Shown one piece after another: positions 1 to 10,419 of a DNA stretch of 64,000 nt. This DNA comes from an uncultured Eubacteriales bacterium. Its GTDB lineage: Bacteria > Bacillota > Clostridia > Lachnospirales > CAG-274. The notes under the pieces are model-generated. The model saw only the letters and a list, made by a program, of their open reading frames with translations, was not told where the DNA came from and made no database searches. The stretch's first letter is position 1. Each line of letters opens with the position of its first letter. Where the stretch lies: contig CATJCJ010000307.1 of assembly GCA_949738935.1 (NCBI GenBank), positions 33,753 to 97,752 on the forward strand. Direction: 5' to 3'. Made by a program: the position numbers and the translations under genes.

Positions 1-233
1 CTACGTCTACTAAAAATAATACCAATTCTGTTTCGCCAAAACAGATTGCTGAAATTAAAAAAGCTGTTGATATTCCTGTTGTCGCTATAGGCGGCATTAA
101 AAAAAATAATATATCAGCTCTTAGGGGTACGAAAATTGACGGAGTCGCTGTAGTATCCGCTGTTATCGCTCAGAATGATATTAAAAAGGCGGCGGAAGAA
201 CTTAAAACGGCTTGGAGGGATATTAATGATTGA
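1..233 (+). CDS. thiE: thiamine-phosphate synthase, C-terminal fragment (5' end lies outside the window)
   Basis: The frame is open from the window edge to TGA at 231-233. The translation ...KKAVDIPVVAIGGIKKNNISALRGTKIDGVAVVSAVIAQNDIKKAAEEL resembles the conserved C-terminal 'PVVAIGGI...GVAVVSAI' strands of the ThiE/TenI family. Confidence 0.6.
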   Translation, partial: TSTKNNTNSVSPKQIAEIKKAVDIPVVAIGGIKKNNISALRGTKIDGVAVVSAVIAQNDIKKAAEELKTAWRDIND

Positions 234-897
234 TTTTGACGGCGCTGTATTTGATTTGGACGGCACTATCGCTGACTCTCATTATGTTTGGAAAAAAGTT
301 GATTGTGATTTTTTTGGGAAAAGAGGGAGAAGAGTTCCTCTTAATTATAATCAGGAGATTGGTTCTATGAGTTTTAGAGACGCGGCTATATTTACAAAGG
401 AAAAATATGGGTTTTCAGAGTCCGCTGATGAAATTATGAAAGAATGGTACTCTATGGCTATTGAGGAATATACTTTTAATGTTAAGCCGAAACCTTTTGC
501 CGGAGAATATATTGAGTATATCAAAAATCATGGGGTGAAAACAGCTCTTTGCACTGCCTCTCCGAAAGAACTTTTTGAGCCGTTTTTGAGGAATAACCAA
601 ATGTTTTCTTCCTTTGATGTTTTTGTTAGCGGAACCGATGTTTTAAGGGATAAGGGCTTTCCTGATATATATTTGCTTGCCGCTGATAAATTGGGGGTTT
701 CGCCTGAGAAATGTATTGTCTTTGAGGATATTTTGAAAGCTGTATTTGGCGCCAGAGCCGCGGGAATGAGAATTATTGGTGTTTTTGAGGGGGCTGTATC
801 ACATGAGGAAAGAAAAAAAATAAAAAAAGAGGCTGATGGTTTTATTTATGATTTCTCAATGGAGTCTCTTGAGAAAGCCGGGAAAAACTTGATTTAA
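226..897 (+). CDS. HAD-superfamily hydrolase (beta-phosphoglucomutase-like subfamily IA)
   Basis: HAD motif I 'FDLDGTIADS' sits at the N-terminus. I chose the ATG at 226 over the ORF-track start at 175 because it places motif I at the expected position. It overlaps the thiE stop by 8 nt (ATGATTGA). Confidence 0.8.
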   Translation: MIDFDGAVFDLDGTIADSHYVWKKVDCDFFGKRGRRVPLNYNQEIGSMSFRDAAIFTKEKYGFSESADEIMKEWYSMAIEEYTFNVKPKPFAGEYIEYIKNHGVKTALCTASPKELFEPFLRNNQMFSSFDVFVSGTDVLRDKGFPDIYLLAADKLGVSPEKCIVFEDILKAVFGARAAGMRIIGVFEGAVSHEERKKIKKEADGFIYDFSMESLEKAGKNLI

Positions 898-911
898 AGT
901 CTGTACATAGC

Positions 912-1080
912 AGACCTCTTGCGAAATTCCTCATCTATACCAATATCGCTCTAAAAAAATATTTCATTCAATACTTATTAACGCTTTCGGCGTTTAAAAG
1001 ACAAAACGCGTTTCGCTAAAATATTGAATAAAATATTTTTTTGCTGAATTGACGTAATTTTATAATTTCGCAAGAGGTCT
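912..1080. repeat. family A palindromic element (169 bp), copy 1
   Basis: Termini AGACCTCTTGCGAAATT ... AATTTCGCAAGAGGTCT. The interior ...AAAAAAATATTTCATTCAATA...AACGCTTTCGGCGTT...TATTGAATAAAATATTTTT... is itself palindromic. Confidence 0.85.
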
Positions 1081-1143
1081 ATTACTCTAAAATTGAGAAG
1101 TTTTACAATTTTATTACTTTTTTGAAAATCACCTTGTTTGACT

Positions 1144-1172
1144 TTGACTTTTATCCGTAACAGTTATATAAT
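1144..1172 (+). promoter_or_regulatory. candidate sigma-A promoter for the giant surface-protein genes
   Basis: TTGACT (1144-1149), a 17-nt spacer, then TATAAT (1167-1172), about 55 nt upstream of the start codon. Confidence 0.5.
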
Positions 1173-1228
1173 TAAAATAATCTAAAACAGACTTATGAAA
1201 ATTTTATTAATGATTTGGGAGGTATTGT

Positions 1229-4200
1229 ATGAAAACAATTATGGCAAAACTTTTGAGCTTTGTTTTTCTTTTGAACACTTTAATTTGTGGTGCTTCTTTT
1301 CAAAATACTTTTGCCGCCGATGCTTTTAACTTTCAATGGAATAAAGAAAGTATTTTGGATAATGGTCTCAATATTGTGGGAAAAAGCAATAATTATGAGG
1401 ATGTTTTCCTATGGTGGGACCTTGGAAAAAGAAATGGCGGAAATTTTGACAAAGGTACATATACGTTAAGTTATAATATACAAGACGGAAAGCGTGTTGA
1501 CTTTATTGTTGAGAAAAGCGCCGCTAACGCTGTTGTTGAGTATAAAGTCTTTGACTACGCCAAAAATGATTATATTTCTGTCGCTGACACACTTTTTCAG
1601 GTTTACAGCGATACTCAGGGAATGTATGTCTCTCCTACAGCGGACAATTTTCCTAATGTGTCTGAAAACTATGGTATTGTTTATGGAACTGACGGAAAAC
1701 CTGCCGGTAAAAGCGCTAAGTTTAATATTACTCAAAGTACCGGCTTCGCTTTTAAATTTGATAATAAAACCGTTAAGTTTCAATGGGTAAAAGGCAGTGA
1801 TAATGATGTTATGTATTTTGTTACGGACGGAGTGACGCAGGGTAATATATTTGATTTTAACCTTGACCTTGATATAGACGGTGAGCCTAAGTATTCTAAC
1901 GCTTTGCAGGTATTTACTGGTATTAACGCTTCTTCTTTCTCATCTACGCCTTACGCCAATAACAGAAAAAATGAGATTGACCATACCACAAGACCTTATA
2001 TTGATGATGACCCGGGTTCCGAACCTGTTGAGCTTGTTTTGAGCGTTGATATGCCAAAGACTTGGGATGATACTTTTAAAAAATTTGTTTACACCGACCC
2101 ATCCGCTGTAAGCAATTTGGATAAGGCGTCTCTTATTTTGAATCTTGGTCATAATGATGATAAAAAGAAAATTCAGGTTACTATAGATGATATTTATGCC
2201 GCTGATATAAATAGCGGTGTAAGTTGTTCGACAGCCGGCGGCGGTACGGCGACGGCTGAGAGAAACGATGATAATACGGCTGTTTTGATTAATATTAAAA
2301 ATCTTCAGCCCGGGGTTATTTATAATCCTGTTGAGGTTTCTTTATATAAACCCAATAACTCAAGTTTTCTCGCTGACAGTACTCATATTGACCATGGTGT
2401 TGTTTATACTTTCCCTGTATATACTCTTGAGGCGCTTTCGGCTGACCAGTATTATCTTAAAATTCAGCCTTTTGAGGGTTATAAGGGATATTATACCGTT
2501 TATTCGGGAGCGACCGCCGGAACATTAAGCTCATGGGCGGAGGTTGAGGACTCTAAAGGCGGTACCGACCCTATCTATGTTCCTGTAAATATTAACGCTG
2601 TAAATAAACAAACCCAGTTTTTTAGGGTTGAGTTTGCTTTCACCCCTCCCGACTCCACACCAGGTACAAGTCAAAGACGATTGACTTCTCAGATTCTTAA
2701 ATATACTCCTTTTGAGTCTGATGTTGTAATAAGTACACCAGGTAACTTTAAAGTGCTTTCAGCTGAAATTGTTCCTTCTATTGAGGGCGCCACAACTGAA
2801 AATCAGCTTATTATGGATTTGCAGTGGGATATGGCGTATGAGAATGTGCTTAAAAATCTTGTGAGCAATAACGGCGGCGCTATTGATGTTTTTTATGATT
2901 TTAACAGAGGTAATGTCCCTTATGATGAGAATGAGCTTAAGTTTTCTCAAATAAAACTTCATATTACTCTTAATGGTGATGTTATTGATATAGAACCTTC
3001 GGTTGTTGAGGGAGACGCTGAGATTGAGAAATTTGAGTGGGATTCTTATGAGGTGCTTATCGGAACAACCCGCCAGACTGTTATAAGGCCTATAGTCACA
3101 TTTAGACTCCCGACAGCCCCAAAGGCTGACAATAATCAGATGTTCCTTTATCCTAACGTCTATTTCTTGAATTTTGGCGGACATTATATGGATAACACAA
3201 CTTATGTTACTATACCAGATTCGCTTTATGATGATGTTACTCTTGATGACGCTGTTGATTATGATGTTCCTCAGCCTCAGAATGTCAGAGTTATCACAAC
3301 AGGAGATTTGGCTGTAGGAAAGACTTCATTTACTGTTGACTGGGATACATTTGATATAGATGACAGAAACAGCTCTATTTATCAATATAGAGTAAAAATG
3401 CTTAATTCCAGAAGATTTGATTTTAATGATGAGTCTATTAAGTTTAACGCTTATATAACTCAAGATAAGAGTGCTTTTGATAAACTTATTCAGCTGGATA
3501 AGGACAGAGATTCTATTACGGATACTTTTGCCGGTATTATTAAAGAACACGATTTTGAGAATAAGAGGGCTGATGTTGGTGTTGACGCCTCTGTTCTTAA
3601 GGATTCTGACGGAAATATCCTGCGCGATGATTTGAGAAACAATAATATCGTTAAAATCAGTAATATTATGCACGCGCCTGATTTGGAAAAACAGATTCTT
3701 CCTTTTACGGGGCTTGATAAAAACCAAGCTTATTATGTTGTTTTGGAAACCGTTGTTATTCCTTATGATACGGAAAAAGAGATTTATTTGCCTGATGAGG
3801 AGGATATTTCATCTTATTCCGCTATTGTGACAGCGACTACTTTGCCTGATGAGGATGTTCCCGGGCCTGAAAGCAATTATCCTGAGGCTCCCGAGAATTT
3901 TGATAAAGATGAGATTAATTTGAACAGTGTTAAACTTTTGTGGGACAGAGTTATTGATTCTGAGGAATATCCTAACAGCTCTATTGAGTATCAGTTTATA
4001 AGAATTAACGGTAAGCAGATGGAGGAAAATATACGCGCCAGCAGAAAACCTTATGAGGAAACATGGAATGATGTTAAGAGCGATGTTTCTATCGCCGGAT
4101 GGCAGACTAAAAATGACAGTATATATAGATTTGACGGAACTCATTTTTCGTCAGCCCCGGCTGAGGAGGGCGCTTTTAATTATAGTACGTCTGACCCTGT

Positions 4201-6073
4201 TAAGAATATTTTGTATGACAGAACCCTTAGCCCAAATCAATTATATTTCTATTATTTGAGAGCTATGAGGGTTGTTGACGGAAAGCCCGTCTCTTATTCT
4301 ATTTGGGTGCCTCTTTCCGTTACGACAACTCCTGTTGAGAATCCTTATAATCTTAAGGTTGAGAGGAATGTTAAACATGATAAGGAATATCAGGCTGTTA
4401 TAAGCTTTGATACTCCGTATTTTGATATATCTCTCCTCGGCACCGAATATGAACTTCAGTACGCTATTAAAAAAGATACGGATTTATGGGGCGAACCCAT
4501 TACTATGAACCCTGAGAATCTTAAGTCAAGCCATTCTGAAAACCCTGACGGAACATTACATTTTGTTTATACAGTGAGCGGGCTTGAGCAGGGACAACTA
4601 TATTTCCTGAAGGTTAGAATACTTAACAAAACTCTTAACGAGGCATCTATTTATTCTAATGTTGTTCAGACAAGAACAAATGTTGACCAAGTTGACCAGG
4701 ATAAGAAAGAGGAAATTGAGGGTTGGATTGACAGGTATAAAGAACTTCTTGAGGAGCTTCTTGATGACCCTTATTGGATTCTTGAGGATACTACGGCTAA
4801 TACTGTTGTGTACTATAGACCTCAGCATTTTGGAAATGTTATAAATGAGTCCACGGGAGGGGTTATTAATCTCGCTGTGGGAGAATATGGGGCGAAGAAA
4901 GTTTATTATATTCCCGCGACCGCTGTTAAACAGGCTTATGACGCTAACAAAGGATTTAAGGTAAGCTGGAAAGACGCTGATGTTATTGTTGGGGCGAGGG
5001 CTGTTGACCCGGCTCTTAATCAGGCTATCAGGCAGGTTCTCGACAGAATTGATTATAACAATGTTGAAGACTATTTTGTTAAATTGACGGCTTATTTTAA
5101 TCCGGTTTCTTATACTATTGATGGGGTTGAGCCATTGAGTCCTATTATTAACGTTCAGGTTGACGCTGTTGGTGTTGATGAGGATATACTTGAGTGGGAT
5201 AACGACAGGCTTGATGATATTATTGAATGGATTGCGGACCAGATTGAGGAAGATTATGACGATATTGTTGATGAGATAGAAGATTCTGATAAGGATGAGG
5301 AAATGGTTAAATATATTAAAGACCTTGTTGAGGACTTTAATGATGATGTGTATGAGGAGTTTCTTGACGACCTTGACGACATAGTTGATAGAACTTATGC
5401 ATCAGATGAACTTGAGTCCAGCATTATTATCGCTTATCCTGCAAATCAGGGAACTAATGTATCCGCTAAAAGACAGGTTAACGGAGTTTGGACGGGTGTT
5501 TCTGTTTCTGACTATATGGGTAAAAAAGCTGTTTATACTAAAAATCCGGGTACTTATGTGTTTATTGGCAGGGCTGTGATTATTCCCGGCATTTCTGAGA
5601 TTCCAAATGGGCAGGTTATCACAAATATTGTCGCTAAATATGGACTTGAGGATTTTCTTGGAAAAGGTACGGCTCTTAATGTTAACGCTCCTCTTACCAG
5701 AAACGCCGCTCTTAATTGTTCGGCGAGAATCGCGGGCGCTCCTCAAACGGCTGACCCTATTGTTTTCTTTAGCTCTAAAGGAGTTAATCTTCTTGTTAAG
5801 AGCAAAGAGGGCAACTCTACAAATCAAGAGGGTGTTTATTTGGCTATGACGGCTTATTTGACAAGAACAAACTCGAAGCTTGAGGCTGTTCAGATTAGAA
5901 ATTTTGCCGCCACAAGCGGAATTAATGGTATACAGCCTATTTATAAAAAGAGTATTCAGGCCGCTTTTGAGACCGGGATTTATACTAACTCCGGAATGAA
6001 CCCTTCCGGAATTATGACAATAAAAGATTATTTACAAATGCTTGGCAATATGTCCGCCAAAGCTAATCTTTAA
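1229..6073 (+). CDS. giant secreted cell-surface protein (1614 aa) with Fn3-like repeats, an acidic helical segment and an SLH-like C-terminus
   Basis: N-terminal signal peptide (MKTIMAKLLSFVFLLNTLICGASFQNTFA/AD) preceded by a GGAGG RBS. Fn3-like blocks include 'PENFDKDEINLNSVKLLWDRV...' and 'NQLYFYYLRAMRVVDGKPVSYSIWVPLSVTT'. A D/E-rich segment (DEDILEWDNDRLDDIIEWIADQIEEDYDDIVDEIEDSDKDEE) is present. The C-terminal ~170 aa have weak SLH-like signatures (PLTRNAALNCSARIAG; IMTIKDYLQMLGNM). Confidence 0.85.
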   Translation: MKTIMAKLLSFVFLLNTLICGASFQNTFAADAFNFQWNKESILDNGLNIVGKSNNYEDVFLWWDLGKRNGGNFDKGTYTLSYNIQDGKRVDFIVEKSAANAVVEYKVFDYAKNDYISVADTLFQVYSDTQGMYVSPTADNFPNVSENYGIVYGTDGKPAGKSAKFNITQSTGFAFKFDNKTVKFQWVKGSDNDVMYFVTDGVTQGNIFDFNLDLDIDGEPKYSNALQVFTGINASSFSSTPYANNRKNEIDHTTRPYIDDDPGSEPVELVLSVDMPKTWDDTFKKFVYTDPSAVSNLDKASLILNLGHNDDKKKIQVTIDDIYAADINSGVSCSTAGGGTATAERNDDNTAVLINIKNLQPGVIYNPVEVSLYKPNNSSFLADSTHIDHGVVYTFPVYTLEALSADQYYLKIQPFEGYKGYYTVYSGATAGTLSSWAEVEDSKGGTDPIYVPVNINAVNKQTQFFRVEFAFTPPDSTPGTSQRRLTSQILKYTPFESDVVISTPGNFKVLSAEIVPSIEGATTENQLIMDLQWDMAYENVLKNLVSNNGGAIDVFYDFNRGNVPYDENELKFSQIKLHITLNGDVIDIEPSVVEGDAEIEKFEWDSYEVLIGTTRQTVIRPIVTFRLPTAPKADNNQMFLYPNVYFLNFGGHYMDNTTYVTIPDSLYDDVTLDDAVDYDVPQPQNVRVITTGDLAVGKTSFTVDWDTFDIDDRNSSIYQYRVKMLNSRRFDFNDESIKFNAYITQDKSAFDKLIQLDKDRDSITDTFAGIIKEHDFENKRADVGVDASVLKDSDGNILRDDLRNNNIVKISNIMHAPDLEKQILPFTGLDKNQAYYVVLETVVIPYDTEKEIYLPDEEDISSYSAIVTATTLPDEDVPGPESNYPEAPENFDKDEINLNSVKLLWDRVIDSEEYPNSSIEYQFIRINGKQMEENIRASRKPYEETWNDVKSDVSIAGWQTKNDSIYRFDGTHFSSAPAEEGAFNYSTSDPVKNILYDRTLSPNQLYFYYLRAMRVVDGKPVSYSIWVPLSVTTTPVENPYNLKVERNVKHDKEYQAVISFDTPYFDISLLGTEYELQYAIKKDTDLWGEPITMNPENLKSSHSENPDGTLHFVYTVSGLEQGQLYFLKVRILNKTLNEASIYSNVVQTRTNVDQVDQDKKEEIEGWIDRYKELLEELLDDPYWILEDTTANTVVYYRPQHFGNVINESTGGVINLAVGEYGAKKVYYIPATAVKQAYDANKGFKVSWKDADVIVGARAVDPALNQAIRQVLDRIDYNNVEDYFVKLTAYFNPVSYTIDGVEPLSPIINVQVDAVGVDEDILEWDNDRLDDIIEWIADQIEEDYDDIVDEIEDSDKDEEMVKYIKDLVEDFNDDVYEEFLDDLDDIVDRTYASDELESSIIIAYPANQGTNVSAKRQVNGVWTGVSVSDYMGKKAVYTKNPGTYVFIGRAVIIPGISEIPNGQVITNIVAKYGLEDFLGKGTALNVNAPLTRNAALNCSARIAGAPQTADPIVFFSSKGVNLLVKSKEGNSTNQEGVYLAMTAYLTRTNSKLEAVQIRNFAATSGINGIQPIYKKSIQAAFETGIYTNSGMNPSGIMTIKDYLQMLGNMSAKANL

Positions 6074-6084
6074 GGAGGAGTTTT

Positions 6085-9000
6085 ATGAGAAAAACCAGAC
6101 TTAAGAGATTTATTTCTCTTTTGATTTCATTTGTTATATCTGTTTCCTGTATTACTCTTAACTTTGAGAGCGTTTTCGCTAACCTTCAAACCCACGTTAG
6201 AGCACTTAATATCAGAGTTATGCCATCGACGGGAAATGTATGTAATATTAACTTATCTTGGACAAATCCTCAGTGGTCTACAGCGGCTGATAATAACGCC
6301 ACTAATGGACAGGATATTCATGAGCCTGAGGGATTTAGGGTTATGGAAAGAAATTTGACTAAAGGGGATACAAATTTTACAAATGTCTCCGGCGATATGG
6401 AGGGCGGTAATCTTAATACCGCCACTATCGCTAGAAATCTGATTACGGGCAGTCTCTATTTGTATAGAGTTATTCCTTTCCATAAACATAGTTATTTTAG
6501 AGACGATAATACTTTGGATATTTTGGAGGCGCCTTATGACAGCTCCTCTCCTGAGGAAGTTTTGTTTATGTCTGACCTTCAGGTTAACGCCAGTGGTTCC
6601 GGAAATAATCTTACAGTTACTTGGGATAATCCTATGTTTAATAACAGAGATATTTTTTCCGGATATAGAATTTATTATCAAAGAGGCGGAACAAGTGTTA
6701 CAAATTTTAATAATTATAAAGACGTTAGTATTGATAATGAGGACCTTGTAAGGTCTAATGATGATATTAGAGAGGGTGTCTCAAGGCTTACTTATACTTT
6801 TTATGACGCTTCTCTCGCTCAGAGTGAAATATACGCGGTTAAGGTTGAACCTTTGTACAAAGGCTCTGAGATTAGAAAACTTACTAATTTGAGCTACGCC
6901 GAAATTATGATTAATGATACTAACTATAAAATAGGTTTTAACGCTTACGGAACAAATGAGTATAGAACTAACGACGCTTATATCGCTGTTCCTCTTGAGA
7001 TTCTTGAAAATGGAAAGGACTATCTTAATCTTCATTGGTGGGGACTTTCAAACACTATGGGAAATATTGAGAGAATAGAGGTCTATAGAGGTCCGTCTGA
7101 AGATGATATCGGAGTTAAAATCGGTACTATTATGTCAACACAGGCTGTTTATGTTAATTATTGGCAGATTGATAAGCCTACAGATATAACGTATTATCAG
7201 CTTAGGATTTTTATTGAGGGTATGGAAGTTCCGGTTACTTCGGAAATAGCCGTATATGACCCTAATATTGTGAATATTACCCCTAATAAACCCAGATTGT
7301 TCGCTGAGGTTAATCAAACAGAAACCAGAAACACTATTGACGCTTATTGGACTGTTTTTATGAGATATCCTTATACAGATAGTGAAAGTGAGTTTGCCGG
7401 ACCTGATGGCATGTATATTGATACTAACGTTAAGTATGATTTGTGGGTTACTGATAGTCTCGCTAATCTCCAAGACCCTAATCTGCCTAAAATACTTGAT
7501 TCGGTTACGCCGGCTCAGCTTACTCAGGAAACTCTTGAGGGTGTGAGTTCGCCTGTATATCATAGCCCCGTTACAACATATGTGACCAGAGACTCGCAAG
7601 GCGGGTACGCTACTGTGGATTTGGTTCAAAATAAGGTTTATTACTTTAAATTGGTTGTTTCTAAGCCTGTTCCTTTAGGTAATGACCTTACGGCGCAGCC
7701 GGCTTACGCGTCTCAATATTTTCCCGCTTTGGGAAATATCGCTACACCTCAGTCCCTCAATAAACCTCCTCTTAAAATAAGACAGGACGAAGAGGGAAAC
7801 GATATGATTACAAACAACTCTATTGAGGTGGAATGGAGAACACTTTGGTATGAGGTTTATGATGATAAAACTGATTCGTGGTATTCCAGAGCTTCTGTTG
7901 ATAACTCGGTTGTTCATTTTGGTGATGAGACAACAACTTCAGGCGCTATTGATTTTTGTAATCAGACTAGTCCTGAAAGGGTTAGAGATGTCTTTAAAAA
8001 CGCGGGTCTTTCTGAGGATGACGCTAATCTTCTTCCTATAAGACAGGTGAATTTGAACGAGAGTGACATAAAATATGAGATGCTGTATCTTCCATATAAA
8101 GAAATCTCTGAAATTGACGGAGGGTATGAGAAGTATCTTGAGCAAATTATGCAGGGCGAGGACGCCGGCTGGCAGGAAATTACTCCTAACTTTATTTCTG
8201 ATACGACTGCCGCTTATAATATTGTAGGGTTGGATAAAAATACCACTTACGCTATTATTATAAGACCTTACAGAATTGTTAACGGCGGGCAGAAAGACGC
8301 TTATCCCGCTTATATTATGGGTACAACTTTGCCTGATGATGTTCCTATTGTGATAACTCCTACGGTTCCTGTTTTAGAGGAAGATGCTGTTGATGATATG
8401 TCTATTACCGTTAAATGGAAGACAGATGAGAATCTTCAGTATGAACTTGTGTATAGTCTTGATTTGCTTGATGACCCTTCTTCCGGTAATATTATTAATA
8501 TGGAGGAAATTATTAAAAACGGTGAGATAAAAACAGAAGAGGATGTTAAAAAGCTTTTTTATAGAATAAGAGGACTTATGCCTGAGACAGGTTATTATAT
8601 ATGGATTAGGGCGAATGCCCCGAATGACGGAAATCCTATCTATTCCGCTTGGTCAAGTCCAATCTATGTAATTACATCTCCTCTTGGAAAGCCTGATATT
8701 CCTGATGGTCTTGGTCTTATCGCCAAGAATACATTGAATATTTTAAACAGGGGAAATAATACAAATTATTCTCAGCGCGCGGGAGATTATGTTATTCTTG
8801 AGTGGAACAGAAATGAGGATGACCTTGGGGAATCTCCGGCTGCCGCTGTTGCCGGCGAGAGTTATGAGGTTTTCGCTCATCCCGATGTTCAGGCGACAAT
8901 CGCGGTGAAATTAAATAAACTTGTGGCTAATACTGATTATTACGCCAGAGTTAAGGCAAGAGTTAATGTTACTGTCGGCAATGACGGTTCGAGAGAAAAA

Positions 9001-10368
9001 CATTTTACTTATATTTTGCAGTTTTCTCCAAACAGGGATTTTAAAGACGCTTTGACTATTGTTATTCCTGAAGGGCCGGCTGATATTGAGGAGGATTCTT
9101 TTACAAAAGAGTCTGACTGGAGTTCTCCCGTGAGAATTAAAGCCGGTAAAACTCCTGATGAGTATGACGGGGATATAGTGGATTCTCATTATCCTTTGCC
9201 TGATGATGACTTTGAGTATATATACGATGGTTTTACAAATACTTTGACTTATCGTTTTCGCTCTGATAAAGAGGATATGGACGGTCTTGACGACAACTTT
9301 GTTGACCAGAGATTTATCTCTACTCTGCTTAATAAGCAGCTTTATGAGTTTGAGGTGGATTTGACTTATTATAATAATTATACAATTAAAAACAGGGTTA
9401 TTGAAATTCCTTATTCTATTATGGAGGCTTTTGGGGAACACGATATTACTCTCTATTTTAAGGCCGATAATGTTACATTTGGTTTTTCTCCCGATTTTGT
9501 GAGAACAAATGAGATTAACAGTCTTCCCGGATATGGAAGAGGCGCTTCCGTTAAGATTACGGCCGCCGCTAATCCCTCTGGCATACCTTTGATTGGGTAT
9601 GGACAGACATATATATCACCGGCGCAAAAGCTCTCTGTTGATATTGTTACTCCTGAAAGAACGGTTAATTTGAAACAGTTCTATAAGCCTGTATCTGTTG
9701 GTATTAAGCTTAATGACAAGTATAGTTTTCAAGAAACAAATGTCGGAGCCTACTATGATACGGATTTGACAACGGAATGGCAGAGATATGATAGTTTTTA
9801 TGACGAGATTACAGGTACGTTTATCGGAAATACTAAAAATCCGGCTTCTTTTTCAGCGATAAGAAAAGCCGCTCCGAATATAGCCAGTAATGACGCTGAC
9901 GCTGTTAACGCTCTTGTCGCTATAAACAGCAGAATTGCCATTACCGATATGAAAAGCGTTAAACCTAACGCGCCTGTCTCCACAGTTCAGTTTAATAATG
10001 TCGTTTCAGCTGTCGCTAAGGGAAGTAAGGATGTTGCTGTTAACGGTGCTTTGCCTGATGAGGATTATAAGGCTCTCTCAAGGAAAGGTATGGTTATGAC
10101 TACTCCTACCGTGTCAAGAGAAGAGGGTATTAATATTCTTGTAAGGCTTTATGAGACGAAAACAGGAAGAAAGGCGACTTATACTCCGCTTAATCTTACG
10201 CTTTATACTGATATCTCAGACGCTGAACAGAAATATCAGGTGGCTCTTCTTAAAGCGGGTGACCTCGGTTTCTATGGAAACACATATGGCGCCAGACCGA
10301 AAGATACAATGAGTCTCGCTGACTTATTATATATGGTTGATATTATTATTAGAGACAGTAATTTATAA
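6085..10368 (+). CDS. giant secreted cell-surface protein (1427 aa) with Fn3-like repeats and an SLH-like C-terminus
   Basis: It starts 11 nt after the previous stop, behind an AAGGAGG RBS. It has a signal peptide/TM (FISLLISFVISVSCITLNFESVFA). Fn3-like blocks include 'SITVKWKTDENLQYELVY...ETGYYIWIRANAPNDGNPIYSAWSSPIYVITSP' and 'NTTYAIIIRPYR'. The C-terminus has SLH-like segments (VSREEGINILVRLYE; MSLADLLYMVDIII). Confidence 0.85.
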   Translation: MRKTRLKRFISLLISFVISVSCITLNFESVFANLQTHVRALNIRVMPSTGNVCNINLSWTNPQWSTAADNNATNGQDIHEPEGFRVMERNLTKGDTNFTNVSGDMEGGNLNTATIARNLITGSLYLYRVIPFHKHSYFRDDNTLDILEAPYDSSSPEEVLFMSDLQVNASGSGNNLTVTWDNPMFNNRDIFSGYRIYYQRGGTSVTNFNNYKDVSIDNEDLVRSNDDIREGVSRLTYTFYDASLAQSEIYAVKVEPLYKGSEIRKLTNLSYAEIMINDTNYKIGFNAYGTNEYRTNDAYIAVPLEILENGKDYLNLHWWGLSNTMGNIERIEVYRGPSEDDIGVKIGTIMSTQAVYVNYWQIDKPTDITYYQLRIFIEGMEVPVTSEIAVYDPNIVNITPNKPRLFAEVNQTETRNTIDAYWTVFMRYPYTDSESEFAGPDGMYIDTNVKYDLWVTDSLANLQDPNLPKILDSVTPAQLTQETLEGVSSPVYHSPVTTYVTRDSQGGYATVDLVQNKVYYFKLVVSKPVPLGNDLTAQPAYASQYFPALGNIATPQSLNKPPLKIRQDEEGNDMITNNSIEVEWRTLWYEVYDDKTDSWYSRASVDNSVVHFGDETTTSGAIDFCNQTSPERVRDVFKNAGLSEDDANLLPIRQVNLNESDIKYEMLYLPYKEISEIDGGYEKYLEQIMQGEDAGWQEITPNFISDTTAAYNIVGLDKNTTYAIIIRPYRIVNGGQKDAYPAYIMGTTLPDDVPIVITPTVPVLEEDAVDDMSITVKWKTDENLQYELVYSLDLLDDPSSGNIINMEEIIKNGEIKTEEDVKKLFYRIRGLMPETGYYIWIRANAPNDGNPIYSAWSSPIYVITSPLGKPDIPDGLGLIAKNTLNILNRGNNTNYSQRAGDYVILEWNRNEDDLGESPAAAVAGESYEVFAHPDVQATIAVKLNKLVANTDYYARVKARVNVTVGNDGSREKHFTYILQFSPNRDFKDALTIVIPEGPADIEEDSFTKESDWSSPVRIKAGKTPDEYDGDIVDSHYPLPDDDFEYIYDGFTNTLTYRFRSDKEDMDGLDDNFVDQRFISTLLNKQLYEFEVDLTYYNNYTIKNRVIEIPYSIMEAFGEHDITLYFKADNVTFGFSPDFVRTNEINSLPGYGRGASVKITAAANPSGIPLIGYGQTYISPAQKLSVDIVTPERTVNLKQFYKPVSVGIKLNDKYSFQETNVGAYYDTDLTTEWQRYDSFYDEITGTFIGNTKNPASFSAIRKAAPNIASNDADAVNALVAINSRIAITDMKSVKPNAPVSTVQFNNVVSAVAKGSKDVAVNGALPDEDYKALSRKGMVMTTPTVSREEGINILVRLYETKTGRKATYTPLNLTLYTDISDAEQKYQVALLKAGDLGFYGNTYGARPKDTMSLADLLYMVDIIIRDSNL

Positions 10369-10419
10369 ATATAAAAATAAAGCCCACGATTTTAAAAAAG
10401 AAAGGTTAGTGTTTGTGTT

